Origin: a virus
Lineage: Duplodnaviria > Heunggongvirae > Uroviricota > Caudoviricetes
IMG/VR virus record: IMGVR_UViG_2778261201_000003
Location: 1-11,715 of that record
Reading direction: 5' to 3' (one strand)
Length of the DNA stretch: 11,715 bases
The translations under genes and the position numbers were made by a program. The notes under the pieces were generated by a model, which saw only the letters and a program-made list of their open reading frames with translations, was not told the origin of the DNA and did no database searches. Positions within the stretch are counted from its first letter, which is position 1; every line of letters begins with the position of its first letter. Shown here piece after piece: positions 1-7,357 of the stretch.

Positions 1-714
1 ATGTGGGTCAATAAGTATATTGACGATTGCACTGATGAGGATTTAAACGATCGTGACTTTATTGCATCAGTTGTTGACCGGGCTATTTTTCATTTCGCGA
101 TTAATAGTATATGTAATCCTGGGGATAATAAAGATGCGACTCCCATTGAACGATGTACTTTTGATGTAGAAACTAAGAATGGCCTTCCCTCCACGGTTCA
201 GCTATTTTATGAGGAATCTAAGGATAATGAACCTTTAGCGAATATACATTTTCAAGCAATAGGTTCTGGTTTTTTAACGTTTGTTAATGCCTGCCAGGAA
301 CATGATGACAACAGCTTAAAATTATTTGCTTCGCTGTTAATTTCACTTTCATATTCTAGTGCCTACACAGATTTAGCCGGAGCAGAAAAAGTGAATATTA
401 ATGAATATAATGAGAACTATCTGACAGCTCAGTTTGAAGAATTATCTCAACGTGATATGAAGAAGTACCTGGGAGAGATGAAGCATCTGGCGGACCGGGG
501 GGGGATGAAATTTGATGACTATCTGGATAAAATGTCACTTCTGGTGAATGAAGGAAAGCTCGAACCTGATATTTTAAGCAAAATGCGAGATGCTGCACCG
601 AAATTAATTGACTTTGCTAAGTCGTTTGACCCAAACTCAAAGGAAAAGATTAAAATACTTACAGATACTTCTAATTTAATTTATGATTTATTCGGGGTTA
701 AATCGGCGAAATAA
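1..714 (+). CDS. yjbM: Low-GC hypothetical protein, YjbM-like (DUF2713-type); may start upstream of the window
   Basis: 237-aa ORF ending TAA at 712-714, followed by a hairpin plus T-run at 754-783. The symbol is inferred from size (~235 aa) and position upstream of dusA in E. coli, not from recognised sequence motifs. Confidence 0.5.
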   Translation: MWVNKYIDDCTDEDLNDRDFIASVVDRAIFHFAINSICNPGDNKDATPIERCTFDVETKNGLPSTVQLFYEESKDNEPLANIHFQAIGSGFLTFVNACQEHDDNSLKLFASLLISLSYSSAYTDLAGAEKVNINEYNENYLTAQFEELSQRDMKKYLGEMKHLADRGGMKFDDYLDKMSLLVNEGKLEPDILSKMRDAAPKLIDFAKSFDPNSKEKIKILTDTSNLIYDLFGVKSAK

Positions 715-753
715 TATGTGAAGTTCTTCGATGGTATGGAAGGCATTACATAA

Positions 754-783
754 AAGAACCTAATACTTATTGGGTTCTTTTTT
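754..783 (+). terminator. Rho-independent terminator after the yjbM-like gene
   Basis: Stem AAGAACC (754-760) pairs with GGTTCTT (773-779); followed by TTTT (780-783). Confidence 0.5.
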
Positions 784-1064
784 CTTCTATCAGTGCCATT
801 AGCAGGAAGAGATATCACCGGAGTTTAATGTGTGATTTTTTATTTATCGTCGAACCTGGATTGTTTATCATTGTCCTTAACAAGGCTAACGGCTAATAAG
901 ATTATTTCCATCACTTCGTGAGAGCTTCATGCCTTGATTTGATCTCAATTTTCTTTTGCAATGAGACAGGCGCTTCCTGTTGTTATGGTATAGTACCCCG
1001 CTATTGAGCCTCCTGAACAGTGATGCTGAATAACATAACCCAATGATATATCGATAAAATAATC

Positions 1065-1187
1065 TCTACATTTGAAAATGCACGGTAATTCTGAAATGCA
1101 AAAAATCAACCAAACCAGCGCAATGCCTGAAAAAACTGACGTTCACTGGAGTGGTCGGTTTAGCGTTGCACCAATGCTCGATAGGAT
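1065..1187 (+). repeat. attL-side copy of the dusA 5' region (native chromosomal version)
   Basis: About 81% identical over ~110 bp to 10302-10411 (21 mismatches by hand alignment); identical blocks include ATGCCTGAAAAAACTG and ATGCTCGA; similarity stops after ~1187. Confidence 0.65.
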
Positions 1188-1200
1188 GTACCGTTTTTGA
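1078..1200 (+). pseudogene. dusA: Displaced 5' fragment of native dusA (40 codons then TGA)
   Basis: Translates to MHGNSEMQKINQTSAMPEKTDVHWSGRFSVAPMLD then diverges (RMYRF*); parallels the N-terminus of the intact dusA at 10302. Confidence 0.6.
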
Positions 1201-1325
1201 AAAACAAGTAGTTATACACTTTGTGGGAGCCTATTGGGAACCCGGTGTTTTCATTTCAAGGTGTAATCCATGCCGGGCATCAGAATGAGATATAATGAGA
1301 TTTTTAGTGTTCCGCTTGAGAGTCT

Positions 1326-1862
1326 ATGATGCTTACCCTAGACGAGATAGGTCAATCTGTACGTAACAATATCCAGTTGATTATTGATCATGTCGGCTTA
1401 CCTCTTGCTGTTGGTCCGCTCAGTGATGATGATTACAAGATTCTGTGTGGTGGCTATGGTGAGCTTGAATGGGACTATGCGTTAAGCACCTATGGCAACT
1501 CCAGAGAAAAGTATGAGTTCTGCATAAAACTTGTTCAGCAAGGTCGGGTTCAGGGAATACCATCAGGAGCAGCAATTTGTGTTTATGGGGTTGAAGAAAA
1601 CATCTTTCGTATCCATATGATCGAAAGGTTTTCTAGAGAAGATGAATCTCACCCATTGAAAGGGCGCATGGTTTTACTCACTCTTATGAGTGCTTTTATA
1701 TTTTGTAAAGCTGTTGAATGTAAAGTTGTCCACATTGTAGAGCCAGTACCAGAACTGGTGCAGTATTACGAGTCTTTTGGTTTCCGCATGGAACAGTGCG
1801 GTTATGTGATGTCTGCAGTCATTGATGAGCTGCAGGATATCTTTCTTAAATTTGCTCAGTAG
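1326..1862 (+). CDS. Hypothetical cargo protein, possibly a GNAT-fold acetyltransferase
   Basis: 178-aa ORF; C-terminal segment KVVHIVEPVPELVQYYESFGF resembles the GNAT beta-strand/helix/YxxxGF pattern; no canonical Q/RxxGxG/A motif seen, so function is tentative. Confidence 0.5.
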   Translation: MMLTLDEIGQSVRNNIQLIIDHVGLPLAVGPLSDDDYKILCGGYGELEWDYALSTYGNSREKYEFCIKLVQQGRVQGIPSGAAICVYGVEENIFRIHMIERFSREDESHPLKGRMVLLTLMSAFIFCKAVECKVVHIVEPVPELVQYYESFGFRMEQCGYVMSAVIDELQDIFLKFAQ

Positions 1863-2058
1863 GTATAGACGAGAAGGGTCTACAAATTGTAGGATACCCG
1901 TCCAGATTACCTTAAAGGTACATCTATGGCAGTCGTTTTGTGCTTAAACTACTAAGAAACGATGTCACCAATCGACATGATCGATTGGCATAAGTTAGCG
2001 AAACAAGCTAGCTTTAAAGAGAGGGTTAGAGGCGCCTTTACTGTCTCGGGAGTTTTCT

Positions 2059-2232
2059 ATGAAAGATCAAAAAGCAACCAAGCCACAGGTTAAGTTCGAC
2101 ACAATGAAAGCATTCGCAGGTATGGGTGCTGCTGTTGAAGTTCTGATGAAGGCTGCTCCTAATGCGTTCACTCACGCTACTGTCTCTGGTAAAGAGCAGC
2201 AGGGTAAGCTTCGTCGTCGCAAAGCAGCATGA
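2059..2232 (+). CDS. Small basic hypothetical protein (57 aa)
   Basis: ATG at 2059 preceded by GGGAG (2048-2052); ends TGA 2230-2232; followed by a strong intrinsic terminator; not in the ORF track because it is under 60 aa. Confidence 0.5.
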   Translation: MKDQKATKPQVKFDTMKAFAGMGAAVEVLMKAAPNAFTHATVSGKEQQGKLRRRKAA

Positions 2233-2252
2233 TCATAGCTGGTGCTTTTTGA

Positions 2253-2278
2253 AAACCCGCCTTTAGGCGGGTTTTTTC
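2253..2278. terminator. Bidirectional Rho-independent terminator
   Basis: AAACCCGCC (2253-2261), loop TTTA, GGCGGGTTT (2266-2274), then T-run; A-run upstream gives a U-tract on the minus strand too. Ends the plus small ORF and the minus-strand operon. Confidence 0.75.
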
Positions 2279-2279
2279 T

Positions 2280-2561
2280 TTAGTGATGTTCTTTGCCCTT
2301 CTGTTTGCTTGTTCTGACCTGTTCCCACTCGATACGTCCTTCTTCTCGTCTTTTGTCTATGTATTCCGCAAGATCCTGAATATTGATGCAACGTTTTGCT
2401 TTTTGTGATGTGCCGATGCGATATGTTGGAACGGGCAACTTACAAGCGTTTGCTTTTGCTTCTGCCGTGGCTGGACTCATGCCAAAGTACTTTTGGCTAA
2501 CTGCTGAGAGTTCAATGTTAGGGGTATTGAATTCAGCCATCAGTAAAAACAAGGTGTTCAT
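2280..2561 (-). CDS. PrtN/AlpA-like small DNA-binding protein (possible regulator or excision factor)
   Basis: Start chosen at ATG 2561 (MNTLFLLMAEF...) with GGAG 7 nt upstream; the MNTLFLL N-terminus resembles PrtN-family proteins as I recall them. Confidence 0.55.
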   Translation of the reverse strand: MNTLFLLMAEFNTPNIELSAVSQKYFGMSPATAEAKANACKLPVPTYRIGTSQKAKRCINIQDLAEYIDKRREEGRIEWEQVRTSKQKGKEHH

Positions 2562-2597
2562 AATTTTCTCCATCAAAACCGGCTGCACCCGGGAAAA

Positions 2598-3170
2598 TCA
2601 TAATTCTGTGCTGGTGGCAGGAATTAATTTCTGCCAGATAGCGGAAACATATTTTGCCTGATGACGAGCATCAGCCAGGGCGTTGTGCCGTTCGCCATCG
2701 AAAGGCATGTCCATTTTTGGGTCGAATCCGATGGAACGCCCAAGCGTAACGATCGTGCGCGCATCGTGATCATTCCAGTACGCCCATGGGCAGATTTGTC
2801 CTGCTCGCTCATAAGCTCCGCGTAAAATTACGTTGTCGAAGTTGGCTCCGTTACCCCAGACTTTTAAATATTTCGTATTGTCTGCGTGCCGATTAATGAA
2901 ATGGCTCAGTTCAGAGAGTGCATCGCTGATCGACAAAGTATCATCAATACAGATTGCAGCTCGTGCTTCAGGGCTTTGTTTCAACCACCACAGGATGGTG
3001 TCGCCGTCAGGTGTGGCCCCTTGCTCCATAGCACTGTCCAAGCTGACAGCCGTATAGAATTCTTGTCCGATGTCTCCGGTTTCTGGGGTGAAGAACACTG
3101 CGCCAATAGAAACGATCGGCGCATCCTTATTTTTCCCCATCGTCTCAAGGTCGATCATTAAGTTGTTCAT
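2598..3170 (-). CDS. DEDDh-type 3'-5' exonuclease (DnaQ-like fold)
   Basis: Motifs MIDLETMG (Exo I), WGNGANFD (Exo II) and HNALADA (Exo III); start ATG at 3170 overlaps the upstream stop (ATGA) with GGAGG upstream. Confidence 0.8.
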   Translation of the reverse strand: MNNLMIDLETMGKNKDAPIVSIGAVFFTPETGDIGQEFYTAVSLDSAMEQGATPDGDTILWWLKQSPEARAAICIDDTLSISDALSELSHFINRHADNTKYLKVWGNGANFDNVILRGAYERAGQICPWAYWNDHDARTIVTLGRSIGFDPKMDMPFDGERHNALADARHQAKYVSAIWQKLIPATSTEL

Positions 3171-3451
3171 CACTTTACCTCCTGCGGCGGTTCTTGTATT
3201 GGCATCGGCTGAGCTATATATAGCGGCTGAACATACCAGCCCTTTGATAACCAACTGTCAGCAACGTTTTTACTTCTGGTTATTGCCGGAATACCTAAGC
3301 CATTGTCTGAATGCAGCCATGCCACCGGATCCTCTTCCAGCGATGCCAGAGCAATTTCATAAGCACGGCGCTCAACATTGTCTCGCACGTCCATGCTGCT
3401 GATTCGTTCTTTGATTTCTTTAATCAGTTCTTTATCGGTAAATGTGGTCAT
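3170..3451 (-). CDS. Hypothetical phage protein (93 aa)
   Basis: ORF translationally coupled on both sides (TAATG overlap at 3451, ATGA at 3170); GGAG upstream. Confidence 0.6.
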   Translation of the reverse strand: MTTFTDKELIKEIKERISSMDVRDNVERRAYEIALASLEEDPVAWLHSDNGLGIPAITRSKNVADSWLSKGWYVQPLYIAQPMPIQEPPQEVK

Positions 3452-3813
3452 TATGCTCCAGCCTCCGGTGCTTTTGGCATTACAGCCCAGTGAGTGATAT
3501 TGACGTTTTCAAGGTCCCCGACCTGAAATGTCCACTGCCATTCTCCGGTTTCTTTTTGCCCCCATGTATACCAGAGAGAACGCCAGCCAATCAGCCAGCC
3601 TTCTCCATTAGCATCAAATAACAGAATACTTTCGTTCGCTGGCGGCAGTTCAGCTGACACTGGTATTACTTTGTTTTCCAGTGCTGCACATTTAGCTTCA
3701 AGCGCATCAAATTTACGCACCAGGTACTCAGCATTTGTTTCGTTCACTTTCAGATCTCGCGGTACACATTTCCCGCGAAGAAACCCTTCCATTTCGAAAA
3801 CATTCATGCGCAT
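3451..3813 (-). CDS. DUF551-like phage protein
   Basis: 120-aa ORF with Trp-rich C-terminal region (DANGEGWLIGW...W...W) typical of DUF551 proteins in lambdoid early regions; overlaps the upstream gene end by 10 nt. Confidence 0.6.
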   Translation of the reverse strand: MRMNVFEMEGFLRGKCVPRDLKVNETNAEYLVRKFDALEAKCAALENKVIPVSAELPPANESILLFDANGEGWLIGWRSLWYTWGQKETGEWQWTFQVGDLENVNITHWAVMPKAPEAGA

Positions 3814-4340
3814 TTGCGTAACTCCGATAACTCGTTAAAACGTTCCATAAACATCCCATAGGCATGGCCTGGCGACAGTGGAATAACTTTGAACATCTCT
3901 GTTGCCGGGATACCTTCCAGTACAGGCCAGAAAGAGCCATCATCAAGCCCGAGATCGCGGCGTTCGGTTGCCAGCATGATGAGATCGGCATATTTCACGG
4001 GCGTACTCATAACCGGGGGTAACCCGTATTTCTCACGGATTACGGCGTCTATTTTTTCTTCCATCCGTTTATAGTCAGGAAGAAGGCGTTTCAGTGGTGC
4101 GGGAATGTCCTGGCAATACGCTTCTGTTGCATCATGCATTAACGCTTCAAAAGCAAATTCGTGCGGTACCAGCTGGCTGCAAAGCACCGCATGTTGGGCG
4201 ACGCTGTAGAAGTGTGAAAGATGTCCTGCAAAGCGACAGATATTTGAAAGGGAAACCGCGATATCGTTAATAACGATGTCATCTTTATTTATCCTGTCAT
4301 AATAAAAATGCTTCCCGGAAAAAGTTTTAATAAATGACAT
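3804..4340 (-). CDS. HD-domain phosphohydrolase, YfdR-like (5'-deoxynucleotidase family)
   Basis: Start at ATG 4340 (MSFIKTFSGK...) with GGAG 8 nt upstream, giving 178 aa; H...HD metal-binding pattern (AGHLSH, MHDATEAY); resembles E. coli CPS-53 YfdR as recalled. Confidence 0.75.
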   Translation of the reverse strand: MSFIKTFSGKHFYYDRINKDDIVINDIAVSLSNICRFAGHLSHFYSVAQHAVLCSQLVPHEFAFEALMHDATEAYCQDIPAPLKRLLPDYKRMEEKIDAVIREKYGLPPVMSTPVKYADLIMLATERRDLGLDDGSFWPVLEGIPATEMFKVIPLSPGHAYGMFMERFNELSELRKCA

Positions 4341-4429
4341 TTTGTTCTCCACGTATATGCGCTGCACCGCGCTGAATTTTGATTGCAGCAATCCAGCCCA
4401 TTTGACATGGGATGATTGCTGCAATTTTT

Positions 4430-5347
4430 TTAAGTTGTTGGATTTTGGCTTTTATCTTCTTTGTAAGAAAGAAGGTCACACATCAAATTAACTACCTTGC
4501 TGAATTGGAAAAGGTCAGTGCCAGTCTGATGACGCCACTGGAATGCTTTATCATCTTCATCATTAAATGTCTGAGATTGAGTATTGATGCGCGAAAAATG
4601 GAAATTTTCGGTAAGAATGAAGGTCACACCGCAACCGGATAACTCCATTTTATCAGCAGTGAAACTACTACTAAGGCTATCGGCCAGTTCGCTTTGAATT
4701 GACTCATGCTCAGCTGAGTAGCGAATAATTTCCTTTTGATCTGCGTAGCGTGATAGCTGAATATAATTCCCGACAGTGAATCCTTCAAATGCATTGGCTG
4801 CACCATTGATGTAGTTCTTCAGGCGTGTAGTCAGTCCATTCTTGATATCACTGATGTTGATTGTTTCTGTTTTCACTGAACCGACAACCTTAATCAGCAT
4901 TGCGCATACCATACCGGCTATTATTTTATTGGTTGTGTTGATTACCAATAATTTCTCATCAGTGCTGTACAATGCAAGAATCAGCGTAGACTTAACAAAT
5001 GCCTGTTTGCATAGATCTACTCGTACGTTATCAATAATGGCCAGTCGTTCGGCACGCTTTAATTTATTCCCGGACATATTTTCGATTGTTTGGATTCGAG
5101 AATTAGCTTCTTTCATGACGACATGTCGGGGAATTATTTTCTGATCATGACGGATTACCATTGCGTACCCACCAGATATCGGAGTTACCAGTTCACCAGT
5201 GACAGGATTCTCTACAAAAGAGGACCGTGAAAATTCTGTTTCCCCGATTTCAGAATAAGGGAGTTCGAGAAGATGCCCTTCAATAGCCTGTATACTAGGT
5301 AATGTTGCTCGGTACACAATTGCGTTACGAAATTTTGGTAATTTCAT
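4430..5347 (-). CDS. RdgC-like recombination-associated protein
   Basis: Start at ATG 5347 (MKLPKFRNAIVYR...) with GAGGAAAA RBS, 305 aa; N-terminal FRN..VYR and KIIPRHVV segments parallel E. coli RdgC. The open frame extending to 5497 is GC-rich non-coding read-through. Confidence 0.7.
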   Translation of the reverse strand: MKLPKFRNAIVYRATLPSIQAIEGHLLELPYSEIGETEFSRSSFVENPVTGELVTPISGGYAMVIRHDQKIIPRHVVMKEANSRIQTIENMSGNKLKRAERLAIIDNVRVDLCKQAFVKSTLILALYSTDEKLLVINTTNKIIAGMVCAMLIKVVGSVKTETINISDIKNGLTTRLKNYINGAANAFEGFTVGNYIQLSRYADQKEIIRYSAEHESIQSELADSLSSSFTADKMELSGCGVTFILTENFHFSRINTQSQTFNDEDDKAFQWRHQTGTDLFQFSKVVNLMCDLLSYKEDKSQNPTT

Positions 5348-5397
5348 TCTATTTTCCTCTGCACAAGATATTAGTTTCTCCACAAAACAGAGAAGAA

Positions 5398-5745
5398 CAC
5401 CTGCGGTGGCAGCCGCCCGGATGGATTGGGTTATGAGCCCGTCGTCCGGTGATGCTCTTCTCTGTTTTGTAAAAAGAGCGGTACCAGCCGGAAGCAAGTG
5501 TACAAACTGGTACCGCGAGGACTACACACAGCATAAAGTTGTGGTGCCGGGTGCCTCCCGGTGCCTGGCGAAGGTTGCACACCAGGCGGGTGGGTATCCA
5601 CAGAAGGTCGACTGTCAGCCTCAACCTTAACCCGCGTGCGCTGAGCCGCATTCACCACAACGCTAAGGATTCTCTCTGGTTGAAAATACTTAGCTGTTAT
5701 GTGCCTGTCTTTTCACCACTTCAGGCTCGGTGGTATCCTTTTAAG
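5398..5745. other. GC-rich, hairpin-dense non-coding element (candidate structured RNA or regulatory region)
   Basis: Four overlapping ORFs in different frames, all Arg/Pro/Gly-rich and not protein-like; perfect 10-bp inverted repeat GCGGTACCAG/CTGGTACCGC (5478-5516); further stems CCGGG/CCCGG (about 5546-5560), GCCTGG/CCAGGC (about 5564-5588) and GTGG/CCAC (about 5592-5603). Confidence 0.3.
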
Positions 5746-5770
5746 TCCGTATACATAAAAGGAAAATCAA

Positions 5771-6016
5771 ATGACTTTTGATGAAAAAGAACTTGATAAT
5801 GCAATTAATAAAATCATCGTAACGTCGCTCTTTTCCTGTCTCAGCGACACTCAGCAGAAACAGTTCTACGAATCGGCTTTCAACATGATCGAGCGTTGTT
5901 GTTTCTGCGATGCCGACGAGCTACCTGAAAAAATCAGGAAACAGTTGGCTGATGCTCTTCGAGTGCGACTTTCTGACCAATTTTCTGAAATGTACTCTCC
6001 GAATTTGGACAAATAG
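5771..6016 (+). CDS. Hypothetical small protein, reverse-oriented moron-like gene
   Basis: 81-aa ORF with AAGGAAA RBS; upstream candidate promoter (TTCACC, 16-nt spacer, extended -10 TGgTATCCT at 5712-5739); 12-bp bulged hairpin at 6026-6051 after the stop. Confidence 0.4.
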   Translation: MTFDEKELDNAINKIIVTSLFSCLSDTQQKQFYESAFNMIERCCFCDADELPEKIRKQLADALRVRLSDQFSEMYSPNLDK

Positions 6017-6209
6017 AAAAAGGCCATTTCCATTCAGGGTCTGATGGAAATACTTCAGCCTGTTCCAAAGCACGGCGTAAAGAGAATACAACTCCAGCCA
6101 TAATCTGATGTTTCCCATTGGTCCAGCTATCGCCGCTCTGATCTACAGGAGCGGCTATGTCGTATGACCAAACGACTTCACCACTATTGTTTAAAATCTG
6201 GACTTTCAT
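5934..6209 (-). CDS. Hypothetical protein (91 aa)
   Basis: ATG 6209 with GGAGG 12 nt upstream, just after the zinc-ribbon gene stop; its 3' end overlaps the plus ORF 5771-6016 by 83 bp, so one of the two may be spurious or shorter. Confidence 0.4.
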   Translation of the reverse strand: MKVQILNNSGEVVWSYDIAAPVDQSGDSWTNGKHQIMAGVVFSLRRALEQAEVFPSDPEWKWPFSICPNSESTFQKIGQKVALEEHQPTVS

Positions 6210-6217
6210 TTTGTTCT

Positions 6218-6421
6218 TTAACCTCCAGATTTCCGCGCATCTAAAGGCGCATTCTCATTTGGTGTGAACTGAATAGTTGTGCTGATATTGATTAATGCCC
6301 CGACACACAAGACTACGCACTCAGAGCAGATAGCAACTTCATCTTTTCCGCCTTTGGCGATGATTTTTTTTGCCTGCAGCTCGTTTGCGCCACAAAACGA
6401 GCATGTGAAATAACGGTTCAT
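6218..6421 (-). CDS. ClpX-type zinc-ribbon small protein
   Basis: YFTCSFCG...AICSECVVLC gives a CxxC...CxxC pattern closely resembling the ClpX N-terminal zinc-binding domain; start chosen at ATG 6421 (alternative ATG 6439 has no RBS). Confidence 0.6.
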   Translation of the reverse strand: MNRYFTCSFCGANELQAKKIIAKGGKDEVAICSECVVLCVGALINISTTIQFTPNENAPLDARKSGG

Positions 6422-6519
6422 TTGCGCTCTCTTACACATAGTATTTAACGAATCATCCGGTCATTCATACGCCACCGGCGGCTACTTCGTGGGCGTCCTG
6501 CCTGTTCGTTGTTTCGCTT

Positions 6520-6555
6520 GGGTACATTATGTATCTCAAAGGTACATTGTCAAGT
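6520..6555 (-). promoter_or_regulatory. pL-like early-left promoter with candidate repressor operators
   Basis: Minus strand -35 TTGACA (6553-6548), 16-17 nt spacer, -10 CATAAT/ATAATG (about 6531-6525); GGTACATTATGTATC (6521-6535) overlaps -10 and GGTACATTGTCAAGT (6541-6555) overlaps -35. Confidence 0.5.
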
Positions 6556-6580
6556 ATAAAAAAACCTGCCGAAGCAGGTT
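6556..6580 (-). terminator. Rho-independent terminator downstream of the cI-like gene
   Basis: On the minus strand: AACCUGC, UUCG tetraloop, GCAGGUU, then a run of 7 U. Confidence 0.65.
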
Positions 6581-6592
6581 CATAAACATTGA

Positions 6593-7267
6593 TTAGGCTT
6601 TGATTTTGTATCTTCTTGGTTTTCCTGAGAAAATCACTGTACCAATTATAGAGCAATTACCGTTGATCTTAATGTAAGGCTCAGGCCAGTTTGGGTTTAA
6701 CGCTTTGAGATAACGCTGTGTCCCATCTTCTATCAACCTTTTGAAGGTGGTTTCACCTGTATCGTGCATCAATGCAATAACGTCGTCACCGTGGCAGGCA
6801 GGGACTTCAGGATCTACAAAAATCATGTCTCCCGGGCGGTACTCATCAATCATTGAATCACCAATCACCCGCAAGATATAAGTCATTTCGCCACAGGGTA
6901 CAGGGCAGGGATAAGTTTCTGCTGTGCTCAAATCAACCTCAGAATAGCCAACTTCTTTCCATGCTCCGGCCTGTACCCATGATATGACAGGGACTAACGT
7001 TATTTGTTTGTTAGTGATTGAAACATCAGGTTTTTTTGTGATGTTCGTGGTCTGGTGTTCTTGATCAAGCCATCCGACAGGCAGGTCGAAACATTTTTCG
7101 ATGTGCCGTGCCATGCTGTCACCGATATTTTTAGTAGCACCATCTCCCATAAACCTGCTGGTCTGGGTTGGCTCGCGATCAATCATGGTGGCAAAGGAAG
7201 AATTCCCGCCAACACCATCTCTCAGTTTTCTGGCGTTAGACCGCCGGATGTCATGGACTGTTTTCAT
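6593..7267 (-). CDS. CI-like repressor with N-terminal HTH and C-terminal S24 (LexA-like) autopeptidase domain
   Basis: 224-aa ORF; candidate Ala-Gly cleavage site (VQAGAW); Ser in VIGDSM and Lys in TFKRL form the Ser/Lys dyad; divergent from the Cro-like gene. Confidence 0.85.
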   Translation of the reverse strand: MKTVHDIRRSNARKLRDGVGGNSSFATMIDREPTQTSRFMGDGATKNIGDSMARHIEKCFDLPVGWLDQEHQTTNITKKPDVSITNKQITLVPVISWVQAGAWKEVGYSEVDLSTAETYPCPVPCGEMTYILRVIGDSMIDEYRPGDMIFVDPEVPACHGDDVIALMHDTGETTFKRLIEDGTQRYLKALNPNWPEPYIKINGNCSIIGTVIFSGKPRRYKIKA

Positions 7268-7357
7268 AAAGAAATTAAAACCTTTGTACCGATAAGGTAC
7301 AAGTATCTTGAAGGTTCATGCTAATCATGTAATATGTATATCGGAGGTACATATTGT
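7268..7357. promoter_or_regulatory. Divergent cI/cro switch region with palindromic operator-like sites
   Basis: Perfect palindrome TTGTACC-gataa-GGTACAA (7284-7302); GGTACATATTGTATG (7346-7360) nearly identical to the pL-region site; candidate pR (TTGAAG 7308-7313, TAATAT 7330-7335); candidate leaderless pRM-like promoter on the minus strand (-35 TTGTAC, -10 TTTAAT ending 7 nt before the cI ATG). Confidence 0.45.

Noticed and set aside
398-598. 66-aa minus-strand ORF inside the yjbM-like gene
   Set aside because: Antisense within a longer ORF; no RBS or family resemblance.
2383-5144. Plus-strand ORFs antisense to the leftward operon (2383-2661, 2833-3057, 2886-3161, 3070-3402, 3311-3493, 3889-4074, 4412-4642, 4842-5144) and nested minus ORFs (2624-2812, 3728-3991, 4624-4806)
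   Set aside because: They overlap better-supported genes with RBSs, translational coupling and recognisable domains; no RBS or family resemblance of their own.
4430-5497. Full 355-aa version of the RdgC-like ORF starting at 5497
   Set aside because: The extra 50 N-terminal codons lie in the GC-rich non-coding block and lack an RBS; ATG 5347 has a strong GAGGAAAA RBS and matches the RdgC N-terminus.
5398-5745. Retron msr/msd
   Set aside because: No reverse transcriptase gene is present anywhere in the window and I could not identify flanking a1/a2 inverted repeats; kept only as a remote possibility under the structured-element finding.
5349-5781. Four overlapping ORFs (5349-5651 -, 5406-5630 +, 5431-5658 -, 5539-5781 +) in the GC-rich block
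   Set aside because: Arg/Pro/Gly-rich translations with no protein-like character and mutually overlapping in several frames; open frames are expected from GC-rich non-coding sequence.
6465-6656. 63-aa minus-strand ORF spanning the cI 3' end, terminator and pL-like promoter
   Set aside because: It runs across a terminator hairpin and promoter elements, so it is most likely non-coding.
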